A stretch of 60,638 bases of DNA from Octopus bimaculoides. Taxonomy: Eukaryota. A model generated the notes under the pieces. The model made no database searches. It saw nothing but the letters and a program-made list of their open reading frames with translations, and was not told the origin of the DNA. The stretch covers positions 55,956,458-56,017,095 of the forward strand of contig NC_068997.1 of NCBI RefSeq assembly GCF_001194135.2, in the 5' to 3' direction. The position numbers and the translations under genes were made by a program. Positions 36,746-50,165 of the stretch are shown piece after piece. How positions within the stretch are numbered: position 1 is the first letter of the stretch; the number at the start of each line of letters is the position of its first letter.

Positions 36746-36994
36746 TGTTGCTGTTTAGAACCATTTGAGAAAAGCTTCTTTGCAAATGTTAGTGCCACTT
36801 CATAGTAACAGAGAATTAGGCAACCATTAATTTCAGGTAGAAATCAAGTACCTACTTTGACAAAGAATTCTGAAGTAGAAACATGAACCAACGTCATTAT
36901 AATTTCCATTTTATACATTTAGTTTGTCTCACTACATGGGTTTACGGTGTGTTAGGAAGACCTTTTACTCTTCAGAATCAGTTAGTAACCTACC

Positions 36995-37210
36995 TACATA
37001 TCTACATACATATCTACTATATGCATATGTACATACATACATACATTCATACATACACACACAAACACACGTATACATACAGATATACATATATACCTGC
37101 ATGCATGCATGCATACACACACACACACATACATACATGCACTCACACATACATATGCATATACATACATACATACATGCATACATACATACATACATAC
37201 ATACATACGT
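36995..37210. repeat. (CATA)n compound microsatellite
   Basis: Visible directly in the sequence. Confidence 0.9.
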
Positions 37211-37737
37211 AGGTGCAAGAGTGGCTGTGTGGTGAGAAGCTTGTATCCCAACTTCATGGTTCTGGGTTCCGTCCCACTGTCAGCCAGCTAAAGCTTTGTG
37301 AATGGATTTTGTAGACACACACACACACATATATACATATATATACAATGGGCTTCTTTCAGTTTCCATCTACCAAATCCACTCACAAGGCTTTGGTTGG
37401 CCCGAGGCTATAGTTGAAGACATTTGCTCAAGGAGCTACACTGTTGGACTGAACCCGAAACCATGTGGTTGGTAAGCAAACTACATACCACACAAACACT
37501 CCTGCACCTATCTGTGTGTATATGTTTGTGTGTCTGTGTTTGTCCCCCCCAACATCGCTTGACAACCGATGCTGGTGTGTTTACGTCCCCATAACGTAGC
37601 AGTTCAGCAAAAGAGACCGATAGAATAAGTACTAGGCTTACAAAGAAATAAGTCCTGGGGTTGATTTGCTCGACTAAAGGTGGTGCTTCAGCATGGCCAC
37701 AGTCAAAATACTGAAACAAGTAGAAGAATTAAAGAAT
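37211..37737. mobile_element. SINE A composite: + head (37211-37314), - 5' half (37345-37508), + 3' half (37510-37737)
   Basis: Orientation switches are evident from comparison with the intact copy at 44661-45054. Confidence 0.88.
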
Positions 37738-38671
37738 AGCAAAATATGTAATGTTTAAACGGACCGATTTCTCTGCCTAGAAAACCAACCTGATGATGAC
37801 TGTTGTAAGCAAGAGTGAAGAGAAATGGTTTTCAATCAAAGCATAGAACTTTTCTGCAAAGTTGAGACTTGCAACTACAAACACTCTGATCATTATCCAT
37901 GTTCTAAAGAACACTTTAACTAATACAAGTTATTGACATTGAAGAAAGGGATTTAATAGATCAGTCAGTGTTAGTGTGTCTAACGATATTAAAGGTGATG
38001 AAATAGATTCACTTCTCTGTCAGATATTCACAAACATGAGGAAATCTATGTTAAAAGTTGCATGCAAACATGCAACTATTGTTACTGCCTTGCTTGTGCA
38101 CATTATGCACACATATGCGACTGTCTTCGTACAACACTATTTACTAATTTACCAATTAGAACTAATGAATGTTTGCACATAAACACACACATGTACATGC
38201 ACACACATATTCGCATGTACTTTCACATTCAGACAATCACATATGTTCATACACATACACATGCACACACACATTCGTTTTTAAACATCTAATCTCAAAG
38301 TTATATTTATTCCATTAAAATAAATTTTATTTCACTCATTTTCTTGAAGAAAATGGAAAAGTTTTACCTTATTCACTATCCTCCTCTCCTTTTCGCTTTC
38401 TTTTTCCTTTTTCTCCTTCAATTAATGATTTATTTGAGGTTCACGAATATTTCTTCCCCCGTTGAATAAAATATTACGCTTTATTCAATTTATCAATTTT
38501 GTTCATTAAACTAAAAAAGTCATATTTTTTAATCATCTGGCATTACAAATGATGTTGGAGTCAGCATCACATATGCCCCAACTGTCAGAGCTAAAAACAG
38601 CAAACAAGAGACCCCATGGCAATGAAATAATGAAGGCAGCAAATGACATCTGCAACAGCGTTGAAATATGT

Positions 38672-39380
38672 AGGTGCAGGTGTAGCTATTACGGTAAGAA
38701 GCCTGCTTCACAATCACATGGTTCCAGGTTCTGTCCTACTTAGGGGCACTTTGGTTCAAGTTTCTTCTGCTATAGCCCTGGGCCAACTAAAGCCTTGTGA
38801 GTAGGTTTGGTAGAAGGACACTGAAAGAAGCCCATCACATGTAAATATATGTGCGTGTGGGCGTGTGAATGTGCATTTGTGTGTGTGCACGTGTGTGTGC
38901 TTGTGTGTGTGCATGTGTGTGTATGCATGTGTGTGTGTTCACATGTGTGTGTGCTTGTGTGCATGTGTGTGTATGTGCATGTGTATGTGTGTGTACATGT
39001 GCATGTGTGTGTGCGTGTGTGCATATGTGTGTGTGCATGTACATGTATGTGTTTGGGCATGTGTGTGCATGTGTGTCTATGCATGTGTGTGTGTCTTCTA
39101 GACTATAGCCTCAAACCAATCTAAGCTTTGTGAGTGGATTTGATAGACAGAAACAGAAAGCAACCTGTTGTGTGTGCATGTGCATGTGTGTGTATGTGTG
39201 TGTGTGTTTGTCCCACACCCACACTTGATATCTCCTATAACTTAGTGGTTCAGCAAAAGAGACTGAGAGATTAAGCACCAGGCTCCCCCAAAAAGTACTG
39301 GGGGCAATTCATTTACCTAAAAATTCTTCAAGGCAAAGCCCCAGCATGGCCACAGTGAAACTAGTAAAAGATATAAGATA
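38672..39380 (+). mobile_element. SINE A with duplicated central segment and expanded (TG/CATG) tract
   Basis: CTATAGCC..AAAGC(C/T)TTGTGAGT..GAAAG occurs at ~38770 and ~39100, separated by ~260 bp of TG-rich repeat. Confidence 0.85.
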
Positions 39381-41110
39381 TCTCTGAAAGGGTGAAATAT
39401 AACACACAAGAACGTGATAGCCACCATTGCTAAAGATTCCCAATCGAAATAGAAGACAATCTCCAGAAAGCAAGAATTAATTTCACAGAAAATTATTAAT
39501 CTTACTTCTTAGGGAGAATATTTCATAATTGTTATCAGGAAAGACAAGACTCCTTTAACTATGTTTTGTTGATTAGATCCAATAAGGCCGAAACCTGAAT
39601 ATAATTAAGATCTTGTCTGTTAACAATATAACACTCTAATTATAAAAATTGATAATTTTGTGTGAAATTAATTCTTAATGTTTTGAACGTTGCTAACATT
39701 TGTTGCCTGACTGTTTTGTTTTATCTTTCTCAATCAAGATTAAATTTCAATTCACGGAATATTTTCTTTTGCCTGTGTCATTCGGTACAAATGTTTGTAG
39801 ATGCTCTTCTGTGGTCAGATACTTTAGATATAAACATCTAAACACAGACACACAGACACACATACACACACACAGACACACATACACGTGCACAGACACA
39901 CATACATATACGCATATCTATATCTATCTATCCAGTTACCTGTCTACCTACATCTCTCCCTCTCTCTCTTTCACACTCAGTATCTATCTATCTATCTGTC
40001 TGTCTGTCTATCTATCTGTCTGTCTGCATGACTGTCTGCTTGCCTGTCTGTCTGTCTGTCAGTCTATCTATCTACCCATCCATTAATACATTAGATGTCA
40101 TGATCACACTTTTAAAAGTCTTGTTTCTTTGATCCACTTATCACAGTTAATCTTTTACTAAACAACAAAAGCAACAACAACAACGACAACATCAATCCCT
40201 GATTGCTATTTTATGAAGTCATCACAGAGAAATTTAAGAAACTAAGGAACTAATGCTTGGTTTTGAAAATGGTCTTTTAGAAGATTAGAAGATTTCATAG
40301 ACTGTTGATTTATATATATATGGCACCTAAGTTTGGCTTAAATTGTAATAATGCTTTCCATAAACATAAAAAAAAGAGATAAATAAAATGAAAAATATTT
40401 GATATAAATAAATGCCAATTGAAAAATGTCGATGACAGAAATCTTGATTCATTTGGTAGAAATATTTTTTCTTTGCAGAAGACAATGAAGTCTTAGAAAA
40501 ACAATAACATTTTCAGTGAATGAGAGAATGGTAAATATGAATATATTTTGCAACAATAAACAAACAAAACAAAACAGACATTAATAGATTTTAGCTGAGT
40601 AGCTGTTATTGTTCCAATAAACTCATCATTACCTGAATTATAGATAAACTTTGCAATGTTATTTCAATTGTTTTTGCAATTGAAACTAAATAGAAAAAGG
40701 CAAGATTCGTTGAAGTTCCAAACATTTACAAGTCATTTACAAAAAAACATATCAATAAATACAAAATTTAAAATAGATGTAATTTATTCATCATTTCTTT
40801 CATATATATATATATATATACACACATACACATATACATACATATATATATATAAAAGGCTGTAAACCTAAGGATCTCAAATGGTTAAATATATATATAT
40901 ATATATATTCCCCTCTCATACCTCCTGACCTATTTTGGTTTATATATTTAAATATATATGTGTGTTTGTATATATACATACACATATTTTCTTCCTCTGT
41001 CTTCCCTACTATTGGACTTTCCTCTGTTATTGAAGAAGAGTGTCTGCTCAAAATGTTAAACCATCTTTCTTTCCTTCCCTGAGTGTCTGCTAATACTTTA
41101 NNNNNNNNNN

Positions 41111-41149
<39 letters not shown>

Positions 41150-41279
41150 GCTGCTTTCTCATATATATGCAAAAGCATTGCTAGAAAGAATGACTAAAAT
41201 GAGTATTTGAAGATGCAATGTGAGGTGAGGGAAGAGTTACTGTAATGAATGGAAAACCTGTAACATAGCACTTCCAGAA

Positions 41280-41438
41280 CTCAGTCTGCTGAGGAGGGTG
41301 AATCCTTTTGTGAACCTTATATCCCCAGAGATCACAGTTCTTTGTCATCTCCATCATCAGACTCAGGATCCTGAGATCAGCCTTTGCCATGTCATCCCAT
41401 GTTTTCCTGAGTCTCCTTCTGAAAATTCCAGCCACATT
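41280..41438 (-). mobile_element. RTE LINE ORF C-terminus
   Basis: RRRLRKTWDDMAKADLRILSLMMEMTKNCDLW, resembling the RGRPRKTWxxVVxxDLxxLxLTxEMTxDRDxW RTE terminus. Confidence 0.75.
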
Positions 41439-41440
41439 AA

Positions 41441-41675
41441 GGTGGTCAGCTGGCAGAATCATTACCACACTGGACAAAATGCTCACCGGTATTTTTCCTG
41501 TCACTATATTCTGAGTTCAATTTCCACCGAGGTTGATTTTGCCTTTCACTTTTTGGTGTTCGATAAATTAAGTACCAGTTATGCACTGGGTCGATGTAAT
41601 TGACTAGTCCCCTCCCCCAATATTCCAGGCCTTGTGCATTTAGTAAAGAAGGATTATTATCATTATTATTATTTT
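41441..41675 (+). mobile_element. SINE family B with (ATT)n tail
   Basis: GGTGGTCAGCTGGCAGAATC..CTGAGTTCAATTTCC..TAAGTACCAG..GGCCTTGTGC. Confidence 0.9.
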
Positions 41676-41914
41676 TTTTTTATTTTTTCATTATCATCTT
41701 CTTTCAGTTCTGTTTCCATTTCTTGCCACCTCCCTTTAATCTGGCATCGTCATCTCTTCCAAGATGTCCAACATCCTGAAATTGAATCTGTCCACTTCTT
41801 GTTGAGGTTTCCCTTGTCATAACTTCATTTCCGTCAGTAAATGACATTTTTTAACCAATTTTCTTGAATGCCATCTCATGGCCTCCACACCGACACAACT
41901 ACCTCTACCCACCT

Positions 41915-42256
41915 CTGCACTCATGTGCATACACACATACACACACACTTGCATACACACATGCAAACACACATGCTCACACACACACACACACACATGG
42001 GCAAACGTACACACATGCATACACACACACACAATCACATGCACAGACATGTTCACACGCATACACACGGGCAAACATACACGCAGCACACACATGCATA
42101 CACACACACGTGTGCACACACACACACACACACACACATGGGCAAACGTACATATAGTACACACATGCATACACACACACATTCACACACGTGCACAAAC
42201 ACACACACAATCACATGCACAGAAATGTGCACACGCACACACGCATACACACACAC
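41915..42256. repeat. CA-rich complex satellite with internal ~140-bp reiteration
   Basis: CATGGGCAAACGTACA and CAATCACATGCACAGA each occur twice. Confidence 0.85.
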
Positions 42257-42317
42257 ATCAGTTGAGGATGAAAATCCCAGTCATTGTCATTTCCTTTAGA
42301 TTTGAAGAAGGAGTTTC

Positions 42318-42600
42318 CATGTGGTTGCTAAACCTGCTTGAAATAGCAGCCAAATTCCCACAAACCTTCATAAAAAATAAAACAGATCTATTGTAAAATG
42401 CAGCGTTAAATATACAGACAGATGGGATGGTCATAGGTGGAACCTCTTTCAAAGAGAGCTAGCCTAGGATAAAAAAAATAACTGCATTGTCTACACAACA
42501 CAAGATGACATTAACAGATGAGTTTGAGAAGGACTGACCAAGGGTTAAACAACAGCTACATGCTATAACAACAACAACAACAACATAAGTAACAACAATA
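42318..42600 (+). mobile_element. Family C copy with (CAA)n tail
   Basis: GTGGTTGCT..CTTGAAATAGCAGCCAAATT..GGGATGGTCA..GACTGACCAAGGGTTAAACAACA. Confidence 0.7.
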
Positions 42601-42985
42601 TGCTTTACCCATTTGCCGTTCAGAGAACCTTTCTACAACCAGTCTTTTGTGTCGAGTATTTATACATTCCACGTCGTATTGAACGTGAATAATTGAAACC
42701 ATTACATGGAATATACAGGAGATTGGCAGGTCTGTAGAGACTCCTTCACATGCGCGTGCACACATACACACACATATATATATATATATATACACATACA
42801 TATATATATATATATATACACATACATACATACTTATATACACATACATATTTATGTGTGTGTGTTAATAAAAATATAAAACCATGAGAAAGTAAAACAC
42901 TTATAAATAGATTTACAATCTACCAACTAAAATTTTGACCACCACATACAGAATTTAAACAACATTATTTATTATAAGTCTTGAA

Positions 42986-42988
<3 letters not shown>

Positions 42989-43052
<64 letters not shown>
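42989..43052. repeat. Pure (TA)n microsatellite
   Basis: Visible directly in the sequence. Confidence 0.97.
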
Positions 43053-43054
<2 letters not shown>

Positions 43055-43060
43055 TTGTGT

Positions 43061-43290
43061 ATCTTATATAATAAAGCAGAGTTTGTGGGTGTGCATATGT
43101 TCCTTATGGATTCAAAAACTGAGTTGCCGATTTTGACATATGAGGTATCAAAGGTTTCATTAATCTTTCAGGTAACAAATAAAGTATTGTTTTGCACAAC
43201 TCTTTTTTACTACAAAAATAACCTCAAAAATGAGGTCGGATTGCACAATTTTGAGGTCTTTAGTTAAGGGAGGCAACTCTGCCTGAACAA
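43061..43290 (+). mobile_element. Possible non-autonomous Helitron/Helentron-like element
   Basis: 5' A|TCTTATATAATAAAG, then TG-rich sequence and CCGATTTTGAC; small hairpin AGGCA-ACTC-TGCCT at 43271-43284; no clear CTRR end. Confidence 0.3.
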
Positions 43291-44429
43291 TCATTACGTT
43301 TAGATAGAACATAATGAGAAAATGTTTAAAATACTTGGAGTTTTGCCAGGAAATGAAACTTTGAAGCCAGATGAGAGGACTTGGAAAAAGAACGGGAAAG
43401 CATCCAGCTGGACATTCTTGCTCTTCCTCTAATCACCACTACAGTTTGGGACATCTTTGTCAACTGTTCTTGGCAGGATTTGAACTCAGACAGCAGAGAT
43501 TTGGAACAAATACTACCAAGTGTTCTATTTGTCAGTTGGCTGCCAGTTTTATCACGTTCCATATCGTACTTCCCATTGAAAAACCAAGATGAGTTGATGT
43601 AGTAAAGTTTTGGCCAATGTATTAAATCTGGATAAACAATTCTAGTCTGTAATGCAATGGTAAAGGAAATAGTAACTAATATCCTAATATGGTGATTAGA
43701 CCAGAGAGAGGCGGGGAGAAATAAGAGATACAGAGATAATGAGAGATAGAGATGAACATAAAGAGAGCAGAAAGTGAGAAAGAGAGAGAGAATATGTGGG
43801 TGAGTGAATGTGTAATGTGTAATGTGTAATGTGTTATGTGTGTGTGTTAAAATCTCAACTCATTTAATGGAGAAAACCAATGAGGGATAACAGGTGAAAA
43901 AAAAATCCAAATATCAGCTAACGATAAAGAATTTATTACATCCTTCCTGGCATTTAAAAGAATTTATTGTTAATAAATCCCTCAAAGAGAAATTTGCAAT
44001 GCCAAGAATAACTTCTGCTATGAATCACAGATCTTTTAAACTCAATCCTGCATTGTATCACAAATGAGTTCCTACATTCTTTAGATTCACACCAAAACAA
44101 ATTAGCCTCAAGCCATTAATTACATCAAGTTATTACTAATGCCATTATTATTTGGAAGGTTATCAGTTTGGACAATGTTTCTAGCAGAGACAAGAAAAAA
44201 ACGTAAATGTATTTCTAATTTGTATGGGCAACAGATATTATGCATTAGAATTTTTTAAATGCCTGAACTATATTAATATTTAATAAGTAGAGATGCTGGT
44301 GTGACAGAAAAATCTGTTGTCACTCATGCGAACATAGCTTTGTAATATAGTTTTCTAAATGCTTCAAGAGAATTTCTTAGATTGCTTTAAATACACTTTT
44401 GAATTTTATTCTATTTTATTTTATTTTTG

Positions 44430-44600
44430 GATTCCAATGTGAGTATTTGGTAGAATTGTTAAAGCATCATGTAAAATGTCTTTCACTGTTTCTTGAGTTC
44501 AAATCTTTTCTTGGGTTGATAAAGTAAAGTATCAATCAATCACTGGAGTGCAGATAATCCATGAACCTTTACCTTCAGATTTGCAGCTTTGTACCTGTGT
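44430..44600 (+). mobile_element. Highly diverged SINE B
   Basis: TGGTAGAATTGTTA..TTGAGTTCAAAT..GGGTTGATAAAGTAAAGTATC. Confidence 0.55.
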
Positions 44601-44633
44601 TAAAAGCAACTGTTAATATTTTTCCACAAGTAA

Positions 44634-45240
44634 AGGTGGTGATGTGGTAGAATTGTTAGCAGGTGCAGGAGTGGCTGTGTGGTAAGTAGCTTGCTTACCA
44701 ACCACATGGCCCGGTTCAGTCCCACTGTACGACACCTTGAGCAAGTGTCTTCTACTATAGCCTCGGGCTGACCAAAGCCTTGTGAGTGGATTTGGTAGAC
44801 GGAAACTGAAAGAAGCCCATGATATATGTGTGTGTGTATGTGTGTGTATTTGTGTTTGTCCCCGCCACCATTGCTTAACAACCAATGCTGGTGTGTTTAT
44901 GTCCCCATAACCTAGCGGTTCGGCAAAAGACACTGATAAAATAAGTACTAGGCTTACAAAGAATAAGTCCTGGGGATCAATTTGTTCGACGGAAGGCAGT
45001 GCTCCAGCATGGCCACAGTCAAGTGACTGAAACAAATAAAAGAACAAATAAGAGACAAGACAAAGTACTTAGCCAGCGTTTTGTCTGTGTTGTGAGTTCA
45101 AATTCCACTGAGCTTGACCTTGCCTTTTATCCTTTTGAGGTCAATAAAATAAATACCAGCTGAATACTGGGGTTGGTGTAATTGATGTAACTCCACCTGA
45201 CCAAATGAATGGCCTTGTGCCAAATTCTGCTGCCAATATT
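44634..45240 (+). mobile_element. SINE B interrupted by a SINE A insertion
   Basis: B head GGTGGTGATGTGGTAGAATTGTTAGC ends at 44660; B resumes at ~45058 (GACAAAGTACTTAGC..GAGTTCAAATTCC..GGCCTTGTGCCAAA). Confidence 0.8.
44661..45054 (+). mobile_element. SINE family A, full length and well preserved
   Basis: AGGAGTGGCTGTGTGGTAAG (A-box-like), GGTTCAGTCCC (B-box-like), centre, internal TG repeat and 3' tail. Confidence 0.95.
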
Positions 45241-46380
45241 TTTCCCCAAATGCATCTCAGATAGAATAATTTGAACAACACCAACATTTCAAAGGAGAGA
45301 ATGTATTACATTTTTGTTTTTGTTTCAGATAACAAATCAATTATTACCCAGCAGTTAACGAGACCCTGTTGGTATTCCCTGAAGACACAGCTGTAGTATG
45401 ATGGATTGCAATATTTAACATCAATTTAAATTTAAAAAAAAGTTCAACTAATGAAACATAAATTATTTCCACTTTGTTTTAGTCCAACAGAAACTAAAAA
45501 GCCTTGAAAATCCTTCCTGTCATAGTCTGATATAGTTTCCCATATTGAATGTCAACAACACAAAAGGTGACAGGTGGCAGCCATCTTAAAAGAAAATTTT
45601 TGTTTCTCTGCTGCTAAGATTTCAAGTTTTCTTAATTTCATTTTTTCTAATCCTCTTAAGAATACATCCGTCAGTGCTAATCACTCTGTTTATGTAAAGC
45701 AATTATAAACATGTTAATTGGCAGATAATAAGAGTATAAGCTAATCCTGATTGATGGTGCTTTATTGCTGTTTGTGGTACTTAGAGATATGACAACCATC
45801 TTCTTTGATTTCTACAGGTGAAAGGGAAAGTTTATATCATGTTATACAGGGAAGACAAGGAAACTAACTTTCTCGACATACACTAATTGATTAATCCTTC
45901 AACTTCTTATTGTTTAAGGGACAAATTAAACAATATTTTCCTCTGATTACCCTTGTCTGTCTGTATTTTCATCTCCATTACAATGAAAGATTATACATCT
46001 GATATTTTTCTCTGTCAGAGACATATGTATAAAGACTAAAGTATAAAGACAAATGTATAAAGATAAAGCACTTTTGTTGTTTCTTAATGTCTATAGTCAA
46101 ATCATACAGTTCTTAATTGCACAATTAGAAGTAAGCTATTCACATTCAGAAAGTTCTTGCTAGAATCTTGTATTTCTGAGAGTCAAACATGAGTAGAAGT
46201 TGAAGCAGTTGAAAAAGTTTCGTTCTGTGCAAAGATTAACAGGAAATTCGAAAGTGTTGTTTCAAACAATAGCAACTAAACTATTCCTGGTTGTCTTTAC
46301 TGAGTAAACAGGCTTAACAGATTTTTTAATTTTCTGCCATTGTTTTATCACTAAATGATGGGACTAATGTCTCAGGACAT

Positions 46381-46520
46381 GGCCCCGTGATTAATACATT
46401 TGTTTTATGAGTCATGGTGTCATATGCTCAATTTCTGAACCAGTGCATCATATCCTTAAGCAAGGATTTTCATTCCATGCTGTTCCAATCTGCTCAGCTG
46501 TGACTAAGTACCAGCTGGAT
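46381..46520 (+). mobile_element. Diverged tRNA-SINE family G
   Basis: TGGCCCCGTGATTA head, TCCTTAAGCAAGG, AAGTACCAGCT. Confidence 0.5.
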
Positions 46521-47551
46521 GCTGGTGTAGCTCTTTTCCCCTGCAGCTGCCACACCTTGGCTATGCCATTGGCTCAAGGGTGAAAGGACCAAGAAGACGC
46601 CCCTCCATTTATGACTTCATAGGCACCGAAAGCATTTAGTGAAAGCATGGCACAGCTTATGAAGCCAAACTCATAGGTGACAACTGACTGTATTTAACTG
46701 TTGGCTGTACTTTATTGCTGACTGTACTTCAGTGCCATGTAATGCTTCCCTAGTTGTTTGACTGACTACTTATGAGTTTAAACTGAAATTCTGTACTGAA
46801 ATGTAAGTCTTCAAAGTATGGTTATTATGACAATATTGAAAATCTGTGAAACTGATGAAGAGAAAGTGAAGACTGGAATTTAGAGGGTCAATTATCTGAC
46901 ATTAACAAATCGGTTTCATTGAAAATGGAATAACAAAGGAAACTTTAAAAGTCTGGGTTTTTTTCAGAGATTCTAGCAACACCTGAGAGCAGATACTCTT
47001 AGTCTCTCTGACCATCTTAAAGAGAGACAGCTATTGTGATTAGCAACGTAAATTGAGCTCAGAGTAATTTATTCAAGGAATAATTATAGACACAAGAATT
47101 AAAAGATATGACTATTGAAGTAAGCAAGATATATATTAAAGAGAGAGAGAGAGAGAAATGTGTGAAGGTAGAAAGAGGAGAGAATAGGAGAAGAAAGAGA
47201 CGCAATATTTCTAATATATACAATTAAAGTCAGACTATATTCACACGATAAAAATCATGGAGGGTGTTGAAGATAATTAAACGACTGGAAAGAGATCAGT
47301 CAAAAAGAATTGCCAGAAATTTACGATATTTTTTTATCTTTCTTCCTTTTTTATTTCTTACTCTTTCTCAGGATACTTCATCTCTTGATCATACATACAT
47401 ACATATATACAGTACATTACATACACACACATACATACCATTCCATAAATACATAATACATATACATACATACATATATACATACATGCACACACACACA
47501 CATATTTATATATACACATAAATATAATCACATATACTGACACACACTTGC

Positions 47552-47584
<33 letters not shown>

Positions 47585-47606
47585 TATGTACATAAGTATA
47601 TATATA

Positions 47607-47983
47607 NNNNNNNNNNNNNNNNNNNNNNNNNNNNNNNNNNNNNNNNNNNNNNNNNNNNNNNNNNNNNNNNNNNNNNNNNNNNNNNNNNNNNNNNNNNNNN
47701 NNNNNNNNNNNNNNNNNNNNNNNNNNNNNNNNNNNNNNNNNNNNNNNNNNNNNNNNNNNNNNNNNNNNNNNNNNNNNNNNNNNNNNNNNNNNNNNNNNNN
47801 NNNNNNNNNNNNNNNNNNNNNNNNNNNNNNNNNNNNNNNNNNNNNNNNNNNNNNNNNNNNNNNNNNNNNNNNNNNNNNNNNNNNNNNNNNNNNNNNNNNN
47901 NNNNNNNNNNNNNNNNNNNNNNNNNNNNNNNNNNNNNNNNNNNNNNNNNNNNNNNNNNNNNNNNNNNNNNNNNNNNNNNNNNN
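47607..47983. other. Assembly gap
   Basis: Run of N after (TA)n. Confidence 0.99.
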
Positions 47984-48059
47984 CTGCCGACTATCTGTTC
48001 TAAATATTAATAACTCTATTTCTGAAAACCAGTGGATAGATTCCACTGAAATTAGATAA

Positions 48060-48201
48060 ATAACCTTCGAACAGATAGTCAGCAGCGCCGCCTGGCTGGG
48101 GCTTGGCTGCTCTGCATTGACAAGGGGCAACACCCTGAAACTAGTCTGCAGATGCCAAACCAGCAGGGGGACACTGCTGACCTCCCCTGTTCGAAGGTTA
48201 T
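48060..48201. mobile_element. MITE-like imperfect palindrome with perfect 15-bp terminal inverted repeat and TA flanks
   Basis: ATAACCTTCGAACAG at 48060-74 pairs with CTGTTCGAAGGTTAT at 48187-201; inner GTCAGCAG/CTGCTGAC; GC-rich. Confidence 0.75.
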
Positions 48202-48840
48202 AAAGGACACAGGTTTCGTGTGTCACATAGCTAGCTAGAGGCGATGGCTTCTTGGAGCTAATTCACGGCAGCTTTCGTCCTAATTTTGGGACTGCCATGT
48301 TGGTGATATATATATATATAAAATCTATAAATGCGCACTTATACATATATATGTATGCATACAAGTGCACATACATGTGTGTGTCATGTTGGTATGTGTG
48401 TTGTATGTGCGTGGCTGCTTCAGTGATTAATGGTAACTATGTGTTTCCTGATATTTGTTGTTCTTCAGAAGAAGATTAAAAGTAAAGACATACCAGTTGA
48501 GGTTTACTCCATCATATGGAGGTACAGACTGTTTGTGATGGCTCAATCACAAACAGAATCACATTGGATATGAGAATTTTTCCAGCTTCATATATTTTTT
48601 ACCTAAAGAATTGTAATAGCAGCATGTCAATGGAGAATGTCTACCTAAAGTATTTTTACCAAAAAAAGAGTCTCCGTATTTGTTTAGTAAAACGATTATC
48701 TCCATGATATTTCATTCCAAAATCACATTTTTGCTGCTATTGTTTTGCCATTCCAAGAATAAAACAATTTTAGGTGCTGTGATACAGAAATTGAGTCATT
48801 GTAAGGATGCTATCCTAACAAAACAAATCAAGAAAGACAA

Positions 48841-48857
48841 TAAATAATAATAATAAT

Positions 48858-48904
<47 letters not shown>

Positions 48905-48905
48905 G
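48841..48905. repeat. (AAT)n microsatellite
   Basis: Visible directly in the sequence. Confidence 0.95.
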
Positions 48906-49829
48906 ATAAATTATAACTAAAAATATTTTCTAAACCAAAATGGAATCATTCTCCAGCTTTTCCATTTGGATATGACATTGATGTATTTCTTCAATCCTTT
49001 AATTATTTTTTTATATTTTCTTCGTTTCAATAAAAATTGGTCTAAAGAAAATCCCTTACAACAGGAAAAAACATCAGCGACTAAGAAAAGAAAAAAAGGA
49101 ATAAATGTTATCATTTTTTTCTTCTTTTTCTTGCCATGATCACCCACGATGAGTGAACAAAATACCAAGTTAAAATTAATAGCCTACCTTTGAACAAACA
49201 ATGAGATTTTCACGTTGTGTAGCATTCCTTCTTTACTGCTTTTTTTTTTTTTTTCCTTTTACTNNNNNNNNNNTTTTTTTTTTTTTTTTTTTTTTCTTAT
49301 TCTTGCTTGCAATTATATTACTGATATTCATGACTGTCGTGACAGAAATTGCAACTTCCACAGGCTTAGCAAAATCTGGGATAATCAACAAAAATCTGTA
49401 ACTTAACACACAACAATAACAACAAAGATATAACGAAAACAGAGTTAAATAAAATAAAATAAAACAAACATTTTAAAATCTATTCTCCTGTCACAATGGC
49501 AGAGTAATTACAACCTGATTCTTTTGATAATTTTATGTTGTTCATTTGTCATGAATCATAAAGCCCCATGGTGTTCTTTTACAAACCCTTTCTCTCTCAG
49601 GTTTTTCTATTAAATCTCCATTATATTCTATGTCAATTCTTTAAAACAAGGAACCTGTTGAAAATAAAGACTGACGAAGACAGAGGAAGAAGAACTGTTC
49701 AACGGCTGATCTTAGAATGCTGGAATTCACAAGAGAGATGACAAAGGACTGCAACAAGTAGTAACGATGCTGTGTTGGAGAAAACCCCCATCTGACCCAG
49801 AGACAAACAGACATAAACATGTTGATATA

Positions 49830-49870
<41 letters not shown>

Positions 49871-49999
49871 AAATCCTTTTCTTGTTCCTTTTATGTTTTT
49901 AAATCTATTCTGAATACGAATGAACCCTCCTCCTCCCCATCATTATTATCCCAATCCTCCCCTCCTCCTCGCCATCATCAACACCATTATCCCCATCAT

Positions 50000-50165
50000 C
50001 ATTATTAAAATGCAGCAGCATTTTAATGTTTACTTTACATGTTTGCATAGGTCAAATGGAATTCACTGAAGAAGGTTTTCTAGAGCTGGATGCCCCTCTT
50101 GGCACCAATTCTCACCTGTTTTTATACAAGACAGCTTTTCCCTGTTTTTCATGGAAGATTCTGAG
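50000..50165 (-). mobile_element. SINE family F fragment
   Basis: TTTAATGTTT..CATGTTTGCATAGGTC..GCTGGATGCCC..CTCACCTGTTT. Confidence 0.65.

Noticed and set aside
36883-42396. HT/CV/YI-rich ORFs of 60-170 aa, and poly-SL or poly-I ORFs elsewhere
   Set aside because: These are translations of CA/TG/TA, CT and ATT microsatellites, open in most frames.
44661-44730. tRNA genes at SINE heads
   Set aside because: Only A-box- and B-box-like motifs are present; there is no complete cloverleaf, and the sequence continues into the SINE body.
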